Source of the DNA: a virus
Direction: 5' to 3' (one strand)
Length of the DNA: 64,000 nt
Virus record (IMG/VR): IMGVR_UViG_3300042888_002402
This document shows, in pieces, positions 36,417 through 46,736 of the stretch (its first letter is position 1; every line of letters starts with the position of its first letter). The notes beneath the pieces were generated by a model. That model was given only the letters and a program-made list of their open reading frames with translations. It was not told the origin of the DNA and searched no databases. Position numbers and translations under genes: made by a program.

Positions 36417-37143
36417 ACGTGGCTATTTGATTCCGGCCGTAAACACTGATTCAGTTGACTATGTGCAATGTGCAGAACAACTGGCAGACAGTATCAGAAC
36501 ATGGCATCCAGATGCAAATATAACAATACTGACCAAAGATCAGTTACCACACGGTGACCTTGGTGGATACGTCAATGATTGTCAGGTATTTCAAGCAAGT
36601 CCGTATCGACAAACAATAAAACTCGAAGCTGACATGATTGCGGCCGGTCCGATAGACCACTGGTGGACATTGTTTGAAAATCGAGATGTTGTGATCAGTC
36701 AAGGTGCTAGAGATTTTTATGATCGTCCTGCCAAGTCAAGACATTATAGAAAAATATTTGACCACAACAATCTTCCAGACGTATACAATGCCATCACATA
36801 CTGGCGGGTAAGTCAAACTGCTAAAGAATTTTTTAATCTAGTGCAGACTATTTTTACAAATTGGGCTATGTATAAAAAACTATTAAAGATGCCCGATGAA
36901 GAAGCCAGTACAGATGTAGTGTATGCCATGGCAGCAATTGTCATGGGGCCAGAGCGAGTGACATTGCCGGTGGGTTTAGGTCCAACTATTGTGCACATGA
37001 AAAAGCACATAAATTCAATTGCCACTAGCAATTGGACTCAAGAATTAGTTTGGGAAAACACTCGTCCAGGCCTTAGAGTAAATACCGTAGCCCAATGGGG
37101 GTTGTTCCATTATCACGTCAAAGATTGGAGAATGAATGAGTAA
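36400..37143 (+). CDS. Putative glycosyltransferase, GT-A fold (GT8-like), paralog of the previous gene
   Basis: GYLIPA...DYVQCA..LADSI, SPYRQTIKLEADM (ExD), YNAITYW, STDVVYA, VHMK, FHYH.K. Confidence 0.62.
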   Translation: MLITHERGYLIPAVNTDSVDYVQCAEQLADSIRTWHPDANITILTKDQLPHGDLGGYVNDCQVFQASPYRQTIKLEADMIAAGPIDHWWTLFENRDVVISQGARDFYDRPAKSRHYRKIFDHNNLPDVYNAITYWRVSQTAKEFFNLVQTIFTNWAMYKKLLKMPDEEASTDVVYAMAAIVMGPERVTLPVGLGPTIVHMKKHINSIATSNWTQELVWENTRPGLRVNTVAQWGLFHYHVKDWRMNE

Positions 37144-37420
37144 AGAACAAGACAAAATTAAACATTCCAAACGACTACAAAAAGATGAAAACGCTATAAA
37201 AAAACAAACAAAGATTGCTAAAGAATTTGGAATACCTGTTGAAGAACCTCACAAGTTTGTCAAACATCACGCAATGAACTGCGGCAATCCAAAATGTGTA
37301 ATGTGCAGTAATCCTCGTAAAACTCTTAAAGAATTAACCCAACAAGAAAAACGGTTGTTTCAAGATGTTGACACCCCTAATGACAAACACAGCAACGGAT
37401 TGAAACCCAAAGATGAATGA
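37136..37420 (+). CDS. Small basic hypothetical protein with a Cys/His cluster
   Basis: KHHAMNCGNPKCVMCSNPRK, possible zinc site; overlaps both neighbours. Confidence 0.65.
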   Translation: MSKEQDKIKHSKRLQKDENAIKKQTKIAKEFGIPVEEPHKFVKHHAMNCGNPKCVMCSNPRKTLKELTQQEKRLFQDVDTPNDKHSNGLKPKDE

Positions 37421-37757
37421 AACTACAGAAAACTTTTGGGCCGCCTGGGCAATACCAGCAACTCCTCCAATCCTTCCATTTTATAGATTGTACCATGATG
37501 AGCAAGGATATCTATTATTTTATAGCATGGAAGATGTTCCAGGTAATTACATAGAGATTGACCAAGAAACATTTGCAGCCAGTTCCCCAAGAGTCAAAGT
37601 CATTGATGGTCAACTGTATCATATAAAAACCAGCAGAGTATTGAAATTAGTGCCCGCAGATCAAGGACAAGCATGTGATCCTAGAGATGTTGCAGTAATA
37701 ACTACAGAATCAAATAAACAATATTGGAAGGTGAAAACCACAGATGAAACAAGTTGA
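37413..37757 (+). CDS. Hypothetical protein
   Basis: 114 aa, FYRLYHDEQG; coupled in the operon. Confidence 0.65.
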   Translation: MNETTENFWAAWAIPATPPILPFYRLYHDEQGYLLFYSMEDVPGNYIEIDQETFAASSPRVKVIDGQLYHIKTSRVLKLVPADQGQACDPRDVAVITTESNKQYWKVKTTDETS

Positions 37758-38676
37758 CATAGCAGATTTAGACTGCATTTATCTTTCATATGACGAACCA
37801 CAACGCGAAGAATTTTGGGTTAAAATTCGCAATATGATTCCGTGGGCCAAACGTGTTGACAGTGTTAAAGGGTCAGACGCAGCTCATAAAGCTGCTGCAG
37901 ATGTCAGTGACACAGAAAGATTTATTTTGATTGATGGCGATAATATGCCAGACGAAAAGTTTTTCAACTTGACATTAGCGTTGCCAGATGAGCAATGGGA
38001 GTCTGCAGTATTTCGCTGGCGAGCACAAAATCACATCAACGGTCTTATGTATGGCAATGGTGGATTAAGTTCCTGGACAAAAACATTTGTTAACAACATG
38101 CAAACTCACGAAGCCACCGACGGCCGAGCTGAAACTGAAGTTGAATTTTGTTTTGATCCACTGTATTGGGCCATGCATGACTGCTATAGCATAACATATC
38201 CCAATGGATCTGCTTATCATGCCTGGAGAGCAGGATTTCGTGAAGGTGTAAAGATGTGTTTGGATCGAGGAAAACGCCCAGACATCACTGAATTCAAAGA
38301 CCGTGTGCATAGTAGAAATTTAGATCATCTAACTATTTGGCACAATGTAGGCCGCGATGTTGAGTACGGTATATGGGCTATTGCTGGTGCTAGAATGGGC
38401 ACATACATGACCATGATTACTCCACAGTGGGACTATAGAACTGTACAAAATTTTGATGAGCTAACAACGTTATGGGACACAGTCAAAGACAGTGATCCAG
38501 AATTATTGGCAGGCAGAGTAGCAGAAGATTTAATCACGCAATTGGATTTGCCTATCAACATGATGTTAGCAAAAGAAAGTGCGTTTTTTAAACATCATTA
38601 CAGATCAAATTGGCACAATCGAGGTGTTATGATTCGAGAAATCGATGTAATTCGTAATCAGGAAGGGCGGAAATGA
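37744..38676 (+). CDS. Putative glycosyltransferase, GT-A-like
   Basis: DCIYLSYDEP, RVDSVKGSDAAHKAAA, FILIDGDN (DxD), NGLMYGNGG, AWRAGFREGVKM; similar to the C-terminal domain of 59125..60729. Confidence 0.55.
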   Translation: MKQVDIADLDCIYLSYDEPQREEFWVKIRNMIPWAKRVDSVKGSDAAHKAAADVSDTERFILIDGDNMPDEKFFNLTLALPDEQWESAVFRWRAQNHINGLMYGNGGLSSWTKTFVNNMQTHEATDGRAETEVEFCFDPLYWAMHDCYSITYPNGSAYHAWRAGFREGVKMCLDRGKRPDITEFKDRVHSRNLDHLTIWHNVGRDVEYGIWAIAGARMGTYMTMITPQWDYRTVQNFDELTTLWDTVKDSDPELLAGRVAEDLITQLDLPINMMLAKESAFFKHHYRSNWHNRGVMIREIDVIRNQEGRK

Positions 38677-39596
38677 AAAAATTATTAATCACAGGCAGTA
38701 GTGGGTTTATTGGACAACACATGTTGTCTAGACTAAAGGACAAATTTGAAATATATTGTTTAAAAAGTGATCTAAGAGATCACAAAACAGTTAACAAAGA
38801 AGTTCAATCATTCAATCCTGATTTAGTAATACATCTAGCAGCCAGAACAGAAGTAGAACAAAGTTTTTATGAACAGGTAGAGTTTTCTGAAATCAATTAT
38901 GTAGGAACCGTTAATTTAATTGAATCTATGCTACAATGTAAAAAGATTCCAAAATTAATTTTTGCTAGCACTATGGAAGTATATGGTTGGCAACCAGTTA
39001 GCGACTTAGTTAAAAATGGCAACATACCGGACAGTATTCCGACGTTTGATCCGGATACAACTATACCCAACCCTAATGCACCTTACGCTGTAGCAAAGTT
39101 TGGTTGCGAAAAATATATTGAATATGCACATCGCAGTTGTGGACTACAATATGTAATAGTTCGACAAACCAACGCTTATGGTCGCCATGACAATAATTTT
39201 TTTGTAACCGAACAAATTATTACACAAATGCTAGATAACTCAGACCAATGTAATTTAGGCTACCAAGAACCCTACAGAAATTTTATTTTTATTACGGATC
39301 TATTAGATGCATGGGAAATTATGATCGACCAATTTGATCAAATATCAAATAATATTTTTACTGTAGGACCCAACAATGCTATTAGTATTGATGCGTATGC
39401 TAAACTTATTGCTAAAAAACTCAACTGGAACGGCACTATTAGCTGGAACACAAAGCCCAAACGCCCTGGTGAAATCTGGGTCTTAAACAGCAGCGAAGAA
39501 AAGTTAACACAGTTCACTGGGTGGAAACCAAAAGTATCGTTAGATGAAGGATTAGACAAAACTATCGAGATATGGAAAAAAATCAAACATTTATAA
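38673..39596 (+). CDS. NAD-dependent nucleotide-sugar epimerase/dehydratase (extended SDR)
   Basis: ITGSSGFIG, HLAA, STMEVYG, YAVAK (YxxxK), NAYG, RPGE. Confidence 0.9.
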   Translation: MKKLLITGSSGFIGQHMLSRLKDKFEIYCLKSDLRDHKTVNKEVQSFNPDLVIHLAARTEVEQSFYEQVEFSEINYVGTVNLIESMLQCKKIPKLIFASTMEVYGWQPVSDLVKNGNIPDSIPTFDPDTTIPNPNAPYAVAKFGCEKYIEYAHRSCGLQYVIVRQTNAYGRHDNNFFVTEQIITQMLDNSDQCNLGYQEPYRNFIFITDLLDAWEIMIDQFDQISNNIFTVGPNNAISIDAYAKLIAKKLNWNGTISWNTKPKRPGEIWVLNSSEEKLTQFTGWKPKVSLDEGLDKTIEIWKKIKHL

Positions 39597-40540
39597 TTCA
39601 CGGAACCAATGATAAACTTTGGAACTTTCAAGAACTAATTGGTTACTTGGTTAAAAATCAACACAAGCATATTTCCTTAGTTATAAATCCAGAAGCCATC
39701 TGTCTTGAAACTCTGGGAATTTATAAATTATTAGAACATTTCAGTTTTGAACAAGTTGATATTTACACAGAAAATTGTTTAGAAAAACATAGCAAGTACA
39801 ATATTATACAATTTGATTTTAGAACATCGTGGCTCAAACAAAAATGGAACGTTGATGCTGAGTATCATTCTTGGAATCAAAAAAAAGTCTTTTTAGCATT
39901 TTATCATAGACCTACCGCCAGCAGACTAGGATTAGCATCTCACTTGTACTGTACTCATCCGGCAGCTTCATTGGTGCATTTTTCTTCTTTTGTTAATAGC
40001 ACAGAGACAATTTATCATTTTGAACTTGATAAACTATTGTCATATGATATACAATCCGTAAAAAATGCAACTAGCATGATACCAGATATGCCAATTTGGT
40101 CCAACGGCAAAGAAGATCTTACTCTTATTAAAAAATTTATAGTTGACGAAAATGTGGACACTATACTTAAAACAATCTATCAAGACATATTAATCGACGT
40201 AGTCAGTGAAAGTCATTCACTTGGAAATACGTTTTATGTAACAGAAAAAACTGTACGACCTATGTGGCTGAAAAAACCATTTATAGTATTTGCTTCTTGT
40301 AATTATCTTTTGTATCTTAAACAGATGGGATTCAGGACCTTTAGTGATTTTTGGTCTGAAGAATATGACGGATACGAAGGACGAGATCGATATGTCAGAA
40401 TTTTGAATTTGATTGATGAAATTGCCAAAAAACCTGCTAGTGAACTAGAACGCATGTATTGGGATATGCAAGATATCCTTGATTGCAATTATAATTTATT
40501 ACACGATCAAACTTACCAAACAAATATTACTGCTATATGA
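39572..40540 (+). CDS. 'TEKT' family hypothetical protein (putative GT10/GT-B-like)
   Basis: DVVSES...FYVTEKTVRPMWLKKPFIVF...GFRTFSDFWSEEYD. Confidence 0.5.
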   Translation: MEKNQTFIIHGTNDKLWNFQELIGYLVKNQHKHISLVINPEAICLETLGIYKLLEHFSFEQVDIYTENCLEKHSKYNIIQFDFRTSWLKQKWNVDAEYHSWNQKKVFLAFYHRPTASRLGLASHLYCTHPAASLVHFSSFVNSTETIYHFELDKLLSYDIQSVKNATSMIPDMPIWSNGKEDLTLIKKFIVDENVDTILKTIYQDILIDVVSESHSLGNTFYVTEKTVRPMWLKKPFIVFASCNYLLYLKQMGFRTFSDFWSEEYDGYEGRDRYVRILNLIDEIAKKPASELERMYWDMQDILDCNYNLLHDQTYQTNITAI

Positions 40541-41949
40541 CAAACAAAGGCAACAAAGTTGTAACAGACTCTAAATCAAAATTTCTAAGTTCTGCAGAAC
40601 AAATGAAAGAAGAGCTAGGACCTGCACTATGCTTGGCCAAATGGAAACAGGTCAGTTTGCATCTCACAACTGGACTTAATAATAGTTGCTACCATCCACC
40701 ATTACATTCAATGGATCCAACAGCAATCGCATCCAATCCATCAGCATTGCATAACACCGAGCACAAAAAAGCACAACGCAAGATCATGCTAAAACAAGAG
40801 CGGCCTACCGAATGCAGTTATTGTTGGAACATGGAAGATAATGACAAACTCAGTGATCGTCATTACAGATCTGGGGAGCCCTGGGCCGCAGTTGACTTTG
40901 AAAAGATCAAACACTCTTCAGGAGACGAAGATGTTGTGCCAAGCTATGTTGAAGTCAATTTTAATCATGCTTGTAATCTGGCATGCAGTTATTGTAGCCC
41001 ACAATTTAGCTCATCGTGGCAGTCCGAAGTTAACAGATTTGGTGGATATCCTACTAGTACTACTCATAATGATCCTAAGCATTTTACAGGGCGCAATCGT
41101 CCTATACCTGTAAAAGAACACAATCCGTATGTAGAAGCGTTCTGGCGTTGGTGGCCTACACTGTATCCAGAACTTAGACATTTCCGTATGACAGGCGGTG
41201 AGCCTCTAATGGACAAAAATACATATCGTGTGTTTGACTATGTGTTGGCAAATCCCAAATCAGATCTGCATTTGAATGTTACCAGTAACTTTTCAGTGGA
41301 GGAAAGTCTATGGCAAAAGTATAAAGAATCAGTTAAACAATTATGCGAAGGCGAAAAAATTGAGCACTTTATGCAGTACGTTAGCCTTGACTCGTGGGCA
41401 GAGCAAGCAGAATATATTCGGCATGGATTAGATTTTGATCTCTTATGGGATCGTGTAAATCAATTTTTAACAGAAATACCAGGGCGCAATAGCATAACAT
41501 TTATTATAACTATGAATAATCTAAGTGTTACAGGCTTTTCTAAACTCATGGCTGGTATTCTTGGCCTAAGAAAAATCTACAGTAAAACATATCAACGAGT
41601 ATGGTTTGATACCCCGTTACTAAGACAACCCACATGGCAGAGTTTGCAATTGTTGCCAGAAAGCTATGCAGATCAACTGGAACATCTGTGGGGATGCATG
41701 CTAGGTCAAATTGAAACTGAAGATGACCCATTTCACGGATTTAAAGACTACGAACTGCAACGATTAGACAGAGATATTGCTTGGATGAGGGATGGGCAGC
41801 AATTAGATACGGCATACTTGCAACGTAACAAAGCAGACTTCTATCGTTTTTTCAGTGAAGCTGATCGCAGACATGGCACAGATTTTTTAACTATATTTCC
41901 TGAAATGTCGTCATGGTGGAAGGAGTGCCAATATTATGCCAAAAATTAA
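40537..41949 (+). CDS. Radical SAM enzyme with N-terminal Twitch/SPASM-like domain
   Basis: N-terminal CLAKW, SCYHP, ECSYCW; core CNLACSYC, TGGEPL, AEYIRHGL. Confidence 0.88.
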   Translation: MTNKGNKVVTDSKSKFLSSAEQMKEELGPALCLAKWKQVSLHLTTGLNNSCYHPPLHSMDPTAIASNPSALHNTEHKKAQRKIMLKQERPTECSYCWNMEDNDKLSDRHYRSGEPWAAVDFEKIKHSSGDEDVVPSYVEVNFNHACNLACSYCSPQFSSSWQSEVNRFGGYPTSTTHNDPKHFTGRNRPIPVKEHNPYVEAFWRWWPTLYPELRHFRMTGGEPLMDKNTYRVFDYVLANPKSDLHLNVTSNFSVEESLWQKYKESVKQLCEGEKIEHFMQYVSLDSWAEQAEYIRHGLDFDLLWDRVNQFLTEIPGRNSITFIITMNNLSVTGFSKLMAGILGLRKIYSKTYQRVWFDTPLLRQPTWQSLQLLPESYADQLEHLWGCMLGQIETEDDPFHGFKDYELQRLDRDIAWMRDGQQLDTAYLQRNKADFYRFFSEADRRHGTDFLTIFPEMSSWWKECQYYAKN

Positions 41950-42001
41950 AATTAAATTTAACAGCGGTAGCATAGTAGAAGATGTACGGAAACATAAATG
42001 A
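41936..42001 (+). other. 21-codon bridging mini-ORF (MPKIKIKFNSGSIVEDVRKHK)
   Basis: Starts inside the end of the radical SAM gene; its TGA overlaps ATG 41998 (ATGA). May be a gene remnant. Confidence 0.3.
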
Positions 42002-43011
42002 AAACTGCTCTCATCACTGGTATCACAGGCATGGTAGGATCGCACCTGGCGGATTTTTTGTATGAAAATACCAATTGGAACATCATTGGTCTAACCAGAT
42101 GGAGAAGTCCGTTAGAAAACATAAAGAATTTAATCGACCCGATCAACAACAAATGTCGTGTAAAACTTATCTATGGCGATCTGAATGATGATAACTCTTT
42201 GGATTTGGCTATCAAGACTGCTATGCCAGATTATGTATTCCACCTAGCAGCACAAAGTTTTCCACTGACCAGTTTCACTTCTCCGGTAGATACGCTCAAT
42301 ACCAATGTTTTGGGCACAGCACGATTATTAGAGGCAATTAAAAAAAACAAACCTGATTGTATTGTGCATGTGTGTGCATCGTCTGAAGTATTTGGTAGAG
42401 TCAGTAAAGATAAACTACCAATTGATGAAGAATGTTTGTTTCATCCAGCCAGTCCTTATGCTATATCTAAAACAGGCACAGACCTATTGGGTAGATTTTA
42501 CGCAGAAGCATATAAGATGAATATAATGACCACACGAATGTTTACGCACACCGGTCCACGGCGTGGTGATGTATTTGCCGAATCATCTTTTGCTAAACAA
42601 ATTGCTTTGATTGAAGCAGGATATATTGATCCAGTTGTAAAGGTTGGAAATTTAAAAAGCCTCAGAACAGTTGCTGATGTTAGAGATGCAGTAAGAGCTT
42701 ATTATATGTTGGTTACAATAAATCCTATTCCAGGAGAATACTATAATATAGGTGGAACATATTCCTGCACAGTGGAAGACATTCTACATACATTAATCAA
42801 CATGTCAACTGCAAAAGACAAGATAAAAATTGAAGTAGATCCTGACAGAATACGGCCAATTGACGCAGACCTGCAGGTGCCAAACACAAATAAATTCACC
42901 CTACACACTGGCTGGCAACCTGAGATATCATTTGAACAAACCATGCGTGATCTGCTTGATTACTGGAGAGAACAAGTAATGACACATAAAGGAAAGTTTT
43001 TAGTAAGATGA
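41998..43011 (+). CDS. GDP-sugar 4,6-dehydratase, DmhA/WcbK-like (GDP-manno-heptose type; Gmd family)
   Basis: ITGITGMVGS, RWRSPLENI, HLAAQSFP.TSF, SSEVFG, PASPYAISK, TTRMFTHTGPRRGDVFAES, VGNL.S.RT..DVRD; these recall the DmhA/WcbK subgroup more than E. coli Gmd; next to an HddA kinase. Confidence 0.8.
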   Translation: MKTALITGITGMVGSHLADFLYENTNWNIIGLTRWRSPLENIKNLIDPINNKCRVKLIYGDLNDDNSLDLAIKTAMPDYVFHLAAQSFPLTSFTSPVDTLNTNVLGTARLLEAIKKNKPDCIVHVCASSEVFGRVSKDKLPIDEECLFHPASPYAISKTGTDLLGRFYAEAYKMNIMTTRMFTHTGPRRGDVFAESSFAKQIALIEAGYIDPVVKVGNLKSLRTVADVRDAVRAYYMLVTINPIPGEYYNIGGTYSCTVEDILHTLINMSTAKDKIKIEVDPDRIRPIDADLQVPNTNKFTLHTGWQPEISFEQTMRDLLDYWREQVMTHKGKFLVR

Positions 43012-44009
43012 TTATTGTTAGAACACCTTATAGAATTTCTTTCTTTGGCGGCGGCACTGATTATCCAGCCTGGTACCAAGAGAATAATGGAATAGTGCTG
43101 TCAACTACTATAAACAAATATTCTTTTCTAGTAATTAGAAAACTGCCAGAAATCTTTGATTACAAATATCGTATTCGATACTATGAAAAAGAAGAAGTCA
43201 ATTCGGTGGATCAAATACAAATTCCTGTTATACGCGAAGCAATAAAATATATGAAAATTACCGAAGGCGTTGATATCACACATCACGGCGATCTTCCGAA
43301 TAGATCCGGAGTCGGATCTAGTTCCAGCTTTACAGTATCTTTACTGCACGGATTGGCTGCTTTACGCAACCAACAAAGAACCAAAAGAGAACTAGCATTA
43401 GGGGCAATACATTTAGAACAAAATATATTAAAAGAAAGTGTAGGATCGCAGGATCAAGTGGCAGCCAGTTTTGGTGGATTTAACAAAATAGAATTTGGTG
43501 GGCAGTCTGACTTTATGTGTCATCCTTTACCTATTAATAAATCCACATTGGATTCTTTGGAATCTTGGGTTCAAATATTTTTTACAGAAGATCTAAGAAA
43601 CTCAGCCGACATTGCAGAAAAAACAATATCAAATATTAAAAATAAAACAATTTTATTAAAAGACATGATGTCATTGACATCTGAGGCTCTGAACATGTTG
43701 TTTGCAAATGATATAAATTCCTTTTCAAAGTTATTAAATGAAGAATGGCAGATTAAAAAATCTATAGAAAAATCAATAACAAATGATAAAATTGATGCCA
43801 TTATACAATCTGGACTGGCCAATGGTGCAGTTGGAGCCAAATTATTGGGTGCCGGCGGTGGCGGATTTGTTTTATTTCTAACTCCTCCGGAGCAGCAAAA
43901 ACAAGTAACAGATGCATTAAATCTAAAAGAAGTTCCTGTCGATTTTGAATATCTAGGAAGCCAGTTAATTTACTGCGACTATCAAGACAGAGAGAAACAC
44001 TATGACTAA
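43008..44009 (+). CDS. hddA: D-glycero-alpha-D-manno-heptose-7-phosphate kinase-like GHMP kinase (HddA/WcbL)
   Basis: RTPYRISFFGGGTD, P..SGVGSSSS, GSQDQ..A.FGG, GAKLLGAGGGGF. Confidence 0.85.
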   Translation: MIIVRTPYRISFFGGGTDYPAWYQENNGIVLSTTINKYSFLVIRKLPEIFDYKYRIRYYEKEEVNSVDQIQIPVIREAIKYMKITEGVDITHHGDLPNRSGVGSSSSFTVSLLHGLAALRNQQRTKRELALGAIHLEQNILKESVGSQDQVAASFGGFNKIEFGGQSDFMCHPLPINKSTLDSLESWVQIFFTEDLRNSADIAEKTISNIKNKTILLKDMMSLTSEALNMLFANDINSFSKLLNEEWQIKKSIEKSITNDKIDAIIQSGLANGAVGAKLLGAGGGGFVLFLTPPEQQKQVTDALNLKEVPVDFEYLGSQLIYCDYQDREKHYD

Positions 44010-44952
44010 AATTTATGTTGCTGGACATCGTGGATTGGTTGGATCTACCATTGTGAAGATGTTGTTAATGCATGGAGTTCATCCAGTGGATATTATTACT
44101 AGAACCCACAGCGAATTAGATTTGACTGATCAACATGCGGTGAATAAATTTTTTAAATCAACACCAATTGATCAAGTTTATTTTGCCGCTGCCAAGGTTG
44201 GCGGAGTAATGGCCAACAATAATTACCCGGCTGAATTTATCTATAAAAATTTAATAATGCAAACCAATGTTATCAATGCCGCGCATGTAAACAATATACA
44301 AAAATTTTTAATGATTGGATCCACTTGTATCTACCCACGAGTAACTGAGCAACCGATAAAAGAAACAGCGTTACTCTCAGGATATCTCGAATCAACCAAC
44401 GAACCCTATGCTGTTGCCAAAATTGCTGCATTAAAGATGTGCGAAAGCTATAATAGACAATACAATAGAGATTACAGAACAGTGTTGCCGTGTAATGTGT
44501 ATGGCCCTGGGGATAATTATGATCCTGTTAATGGGCATGTGACCGCTGGAATGATACAAAATTTTCACAATGCAAAAATTCAAAATAGTCCAACAGTTAA
44601 AATTTGGGGCACTGGCACGCCACGTCGTGAATTTTTATATTCAGAAGACATGGCCAATGGTTGTATAACCGTTATGAATCTTGAAAAACAACAATGGGAT
44701 TCTGTTACCGAACCAATGAGAAACTTTATTAATCTCAGTCAAGGAGTTGATATTACAATCAAAGAAATGGCACAGACGGTGGCATCAGTGGTTGGATTCA
44801 CTGGCAACATTGAATTTGATACAACCAAGCCTGACGGAACTATGCGTAAATGCACCAACAACAGCAAACTACTTTCGCTAGGCTGGCAGCCTTCTGTGTC
44901 ATTAACAGACGGATTGCAACACACATACAAGGCATATTTAGAAACACTATGA
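44002..44952 (+). CDS. fcl: GDP-L-fucose synthase-like epimerase/reductase
   Basis: YVAGHRGLVGS, AAAKVGG..AN..YPAEFI, GSTCIYP (Cys kept), YAVAK, NVYGPGDNY, GHV (His kept), WGTG.PRREFL, KPDGT.RK. Confidence 0.9.
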   Translation: MTKIYVAGHRGLVGSTIVKMLLMHGVHPVDIITRTHSELDLTDQHAVNKFFKSTPIDQVYFAAAKVGGVMANNNYPAEFIYKNLIMQTNVINAAHVNNIQKFLMIGSTCIYPRVTEQPIKETALLSGYLESTNEPYAVAKIAALKMCESYNRQYNRDYRTVLPCNVYGPGDNYDPVNGHVTAGMIQNFHNAKIQNSPTVKIWGTGTPRREFLYSEDMANGCITVMNLEKQQWDSVTEPMRNFINLSQGVDITIKEMAQTVASVVGFTGNIEFDTTKPDGTMRKCTNNSKLLSLGWQPSVSLTDGLQHTYKAYLETL

Positions 44953-46007
44953 TAACAATTATAGGAGAATTCTTTGCCAAAACTGTGCCGTTTGGGTTAC
45001 AGGAACACCGTATTTTTAATTCTGTAAAAAAACAAATAAACAATAACTTTCCAAGTTCTAACAATTTAATAATAAACACCACTTGGATAGGGCCTCAGTT
45101 TGATAATCAATCATGGTCGTTGATTCAAAAACTAATAGCTAACAACAAAAAATTTGATAATTTATTTTGGACTGGTATTATCGATCCTATCACAATACTG
45201 CCTGATCAAATTAAAGAGGTAGAGCAGGCATTGTGTTTAGAAAAAATTTTTTATATAGGTGTTGCATTTGATGGCCGCTGTTCATTTAATACTCATTCGA
45301 TAGTATGCCAAGAAGAATTTCCAGAATACACACAAGATGAATTAGAACTAAAAGATTTAAAGTTTTTATATGTAAACTACAACAGAAAACCTAAACCATT
45401 CAGGATCAAGTTGGTAGAAAAATTGCACGAACATAACTTAGAAAAATACGGAATAATCTCTTTAGGAAAACCAGAATTACACTATGACGTTTCCCAAGGA
45501 TTGGACACCGACAAATATTATACACTCAATGACAGCACCGATCCTACTAACAACAACAGGTTTCCAATGGTCAAAACATTTGGCAGTGTGCCTGCTGATT
45601 TTTGTAGTCTCGGAGACTTGACCATATGGCAACAGCATTTTTTAAATGTTGTTAGTGAGACAGAATTCTTCCCATGGGATACAGTGTTTCCTACAGAAAA
45701 AACACTAAAGCCGATCATTGGAATGCGACCATTTATAATAAATGGACAAACTACCATATATGATTGGCTACGTCGTCAAGGTTTTCGAACCTTCAATCAT
45801 TATTTTGACGGTGTAGAATTAGAAAATATACCAGAGTATGAAGTTCATGATTCTATCATTGCTGTTATACGATACCTTACAACACTAGACAAAAAAGAAA
45901 TAATTAAAATATACTCTGATATGCTGCCCGATTTAGTACATAATAGAAATAGATTTTTTGAGTATGCCCAAGAGCAAAAATACAAAACGGAACATCTATT
46001 TGAATAG
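44949..46007 (+). CDS. 'TEKT' family hypothetical protein (putative GT10/GT-B-like)
   Basis: YNRKP...R, FLNVVSET...FPTEKTLKPIIGMRPFIING...GFRTF; start set at ATG 44949 (ATGA overlap with the fcl stop). Confidence 0.55.
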   Translation: MITIIGEFFAKTVPFGLQEHRIFNSVKKQINNNFPSSNNLIINTTWIGPQFDNQSWSLIQKLIANNKKFDNLFWTGIIDPITILPDQIKEVEQALCLEKIFYIGVAFDGRCSFNTHSIVCQEEFPEYTQDELELKDLKFLYVNYNRKPKPFRIKLVEKLHEHNLEKYGIISLGKPELHYDVSQGLDTDKYYTLNDSTDPTNNNRFPMVKTFGSVPADFCSLGDLTIWQQHFLNVVSETEFFPWDTVFPTEKTLKPIIGMRPFIINGQTTIYDWLRRQGFRTFNHYFDGVELENIPEYEVHDSIIAVIRYLTTLDKKEIIKIYSDMLPDLVHNRNRFFEYAQEQKYKTEHLFE

Positions 46008-46010
46008 CCT

Positions 46011-46736
46011 ATGAAATTTTTTATATTGGGTAGTAGTTGGGGCATGGGAGAATGGACCATAAAAAGTGGTAAGTTTGAATCAATACCCAACACTGGATTA
46101 GATTATCACTTGACTCAACTTGGGCACACAGTTACAAATATATCCGCCGGTGGCGGCAGTAATTTTGGCCAATTAAGACATGCATACTGGACCCTCAAAG
46201 AAAATTCAGACTATGATTATATAATTTGGTTTCAGACAGAGTCAATAAGAGACGTAGAAGAAATTCTTATAAACGATCCTGAAGAAGGTCAACGACATTT
46301 TCCAAATTTTGATATAAGCAATTTCGATGTCGGATTGGATTATCTAGATTTTGAGAATTACAAATATGCACAAACAATTGCAGATGAATACAATATACCG
46401 TTTATTGTGATTGGAGGGCAGAGTCCAGTTAACCCCGTAATTGCCCAATTTTCTTTTGCACAACATATAATACACTGTTGGCTGGCAGAACTACTAGAGT
46501 TAAATTTTATTCCACCAAAAAATACTTTTTTTATTAGATCATGGGATAAATTTAAAAGAATATTAGATCATTATGGTGTTGATCAAAAAGAGTTTATTAT
46601 TAATAATATAGATCAATTAGATAAAGCAAAAATAATACAGGAGTTAACAGTTAAAAGTTTGTTGTTTCCAGACAACTGTCATCCTTCAAGTGAATACTTT
46701 AAACAATTAGCGCAACGAATAATAAAAATGATATGA
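46011..46736 (+). CDS. SGNH/GDSL hydrolase-like protein
   Basis: Block I-like LGSSWG, block II-like GGGSN, block V-like DNCHP. Confidence 0.55.
   Translation: MKFFILGSSWGMGEWTIKSGKFESIPNTGLDYHLTQLGHTVTNISAGGGSNFGQLRHAYWTLKENSDYDYIIWFQTESIRDVEEILINDPEEGQRHFPNFDISNFDVGLDYLDFENYKYAQTIADEYNIPFIVIGGQSPVNPVIAQFSFAQHIIHCWLAELLELNFIPPKNTFFIRSWDKFKRILDHYGVDQKEFIINNIDQLDKAKIIQELTVKSLLFPDNCHPSSEYFKQLAQRIIKMI

Noticed and set aside
37279-37310. CGNPKCVMC as another radical SAM motif
   Set aside because: Spacing is Cx4Cx2C and the protein is 94 aa, too short for the barrel.
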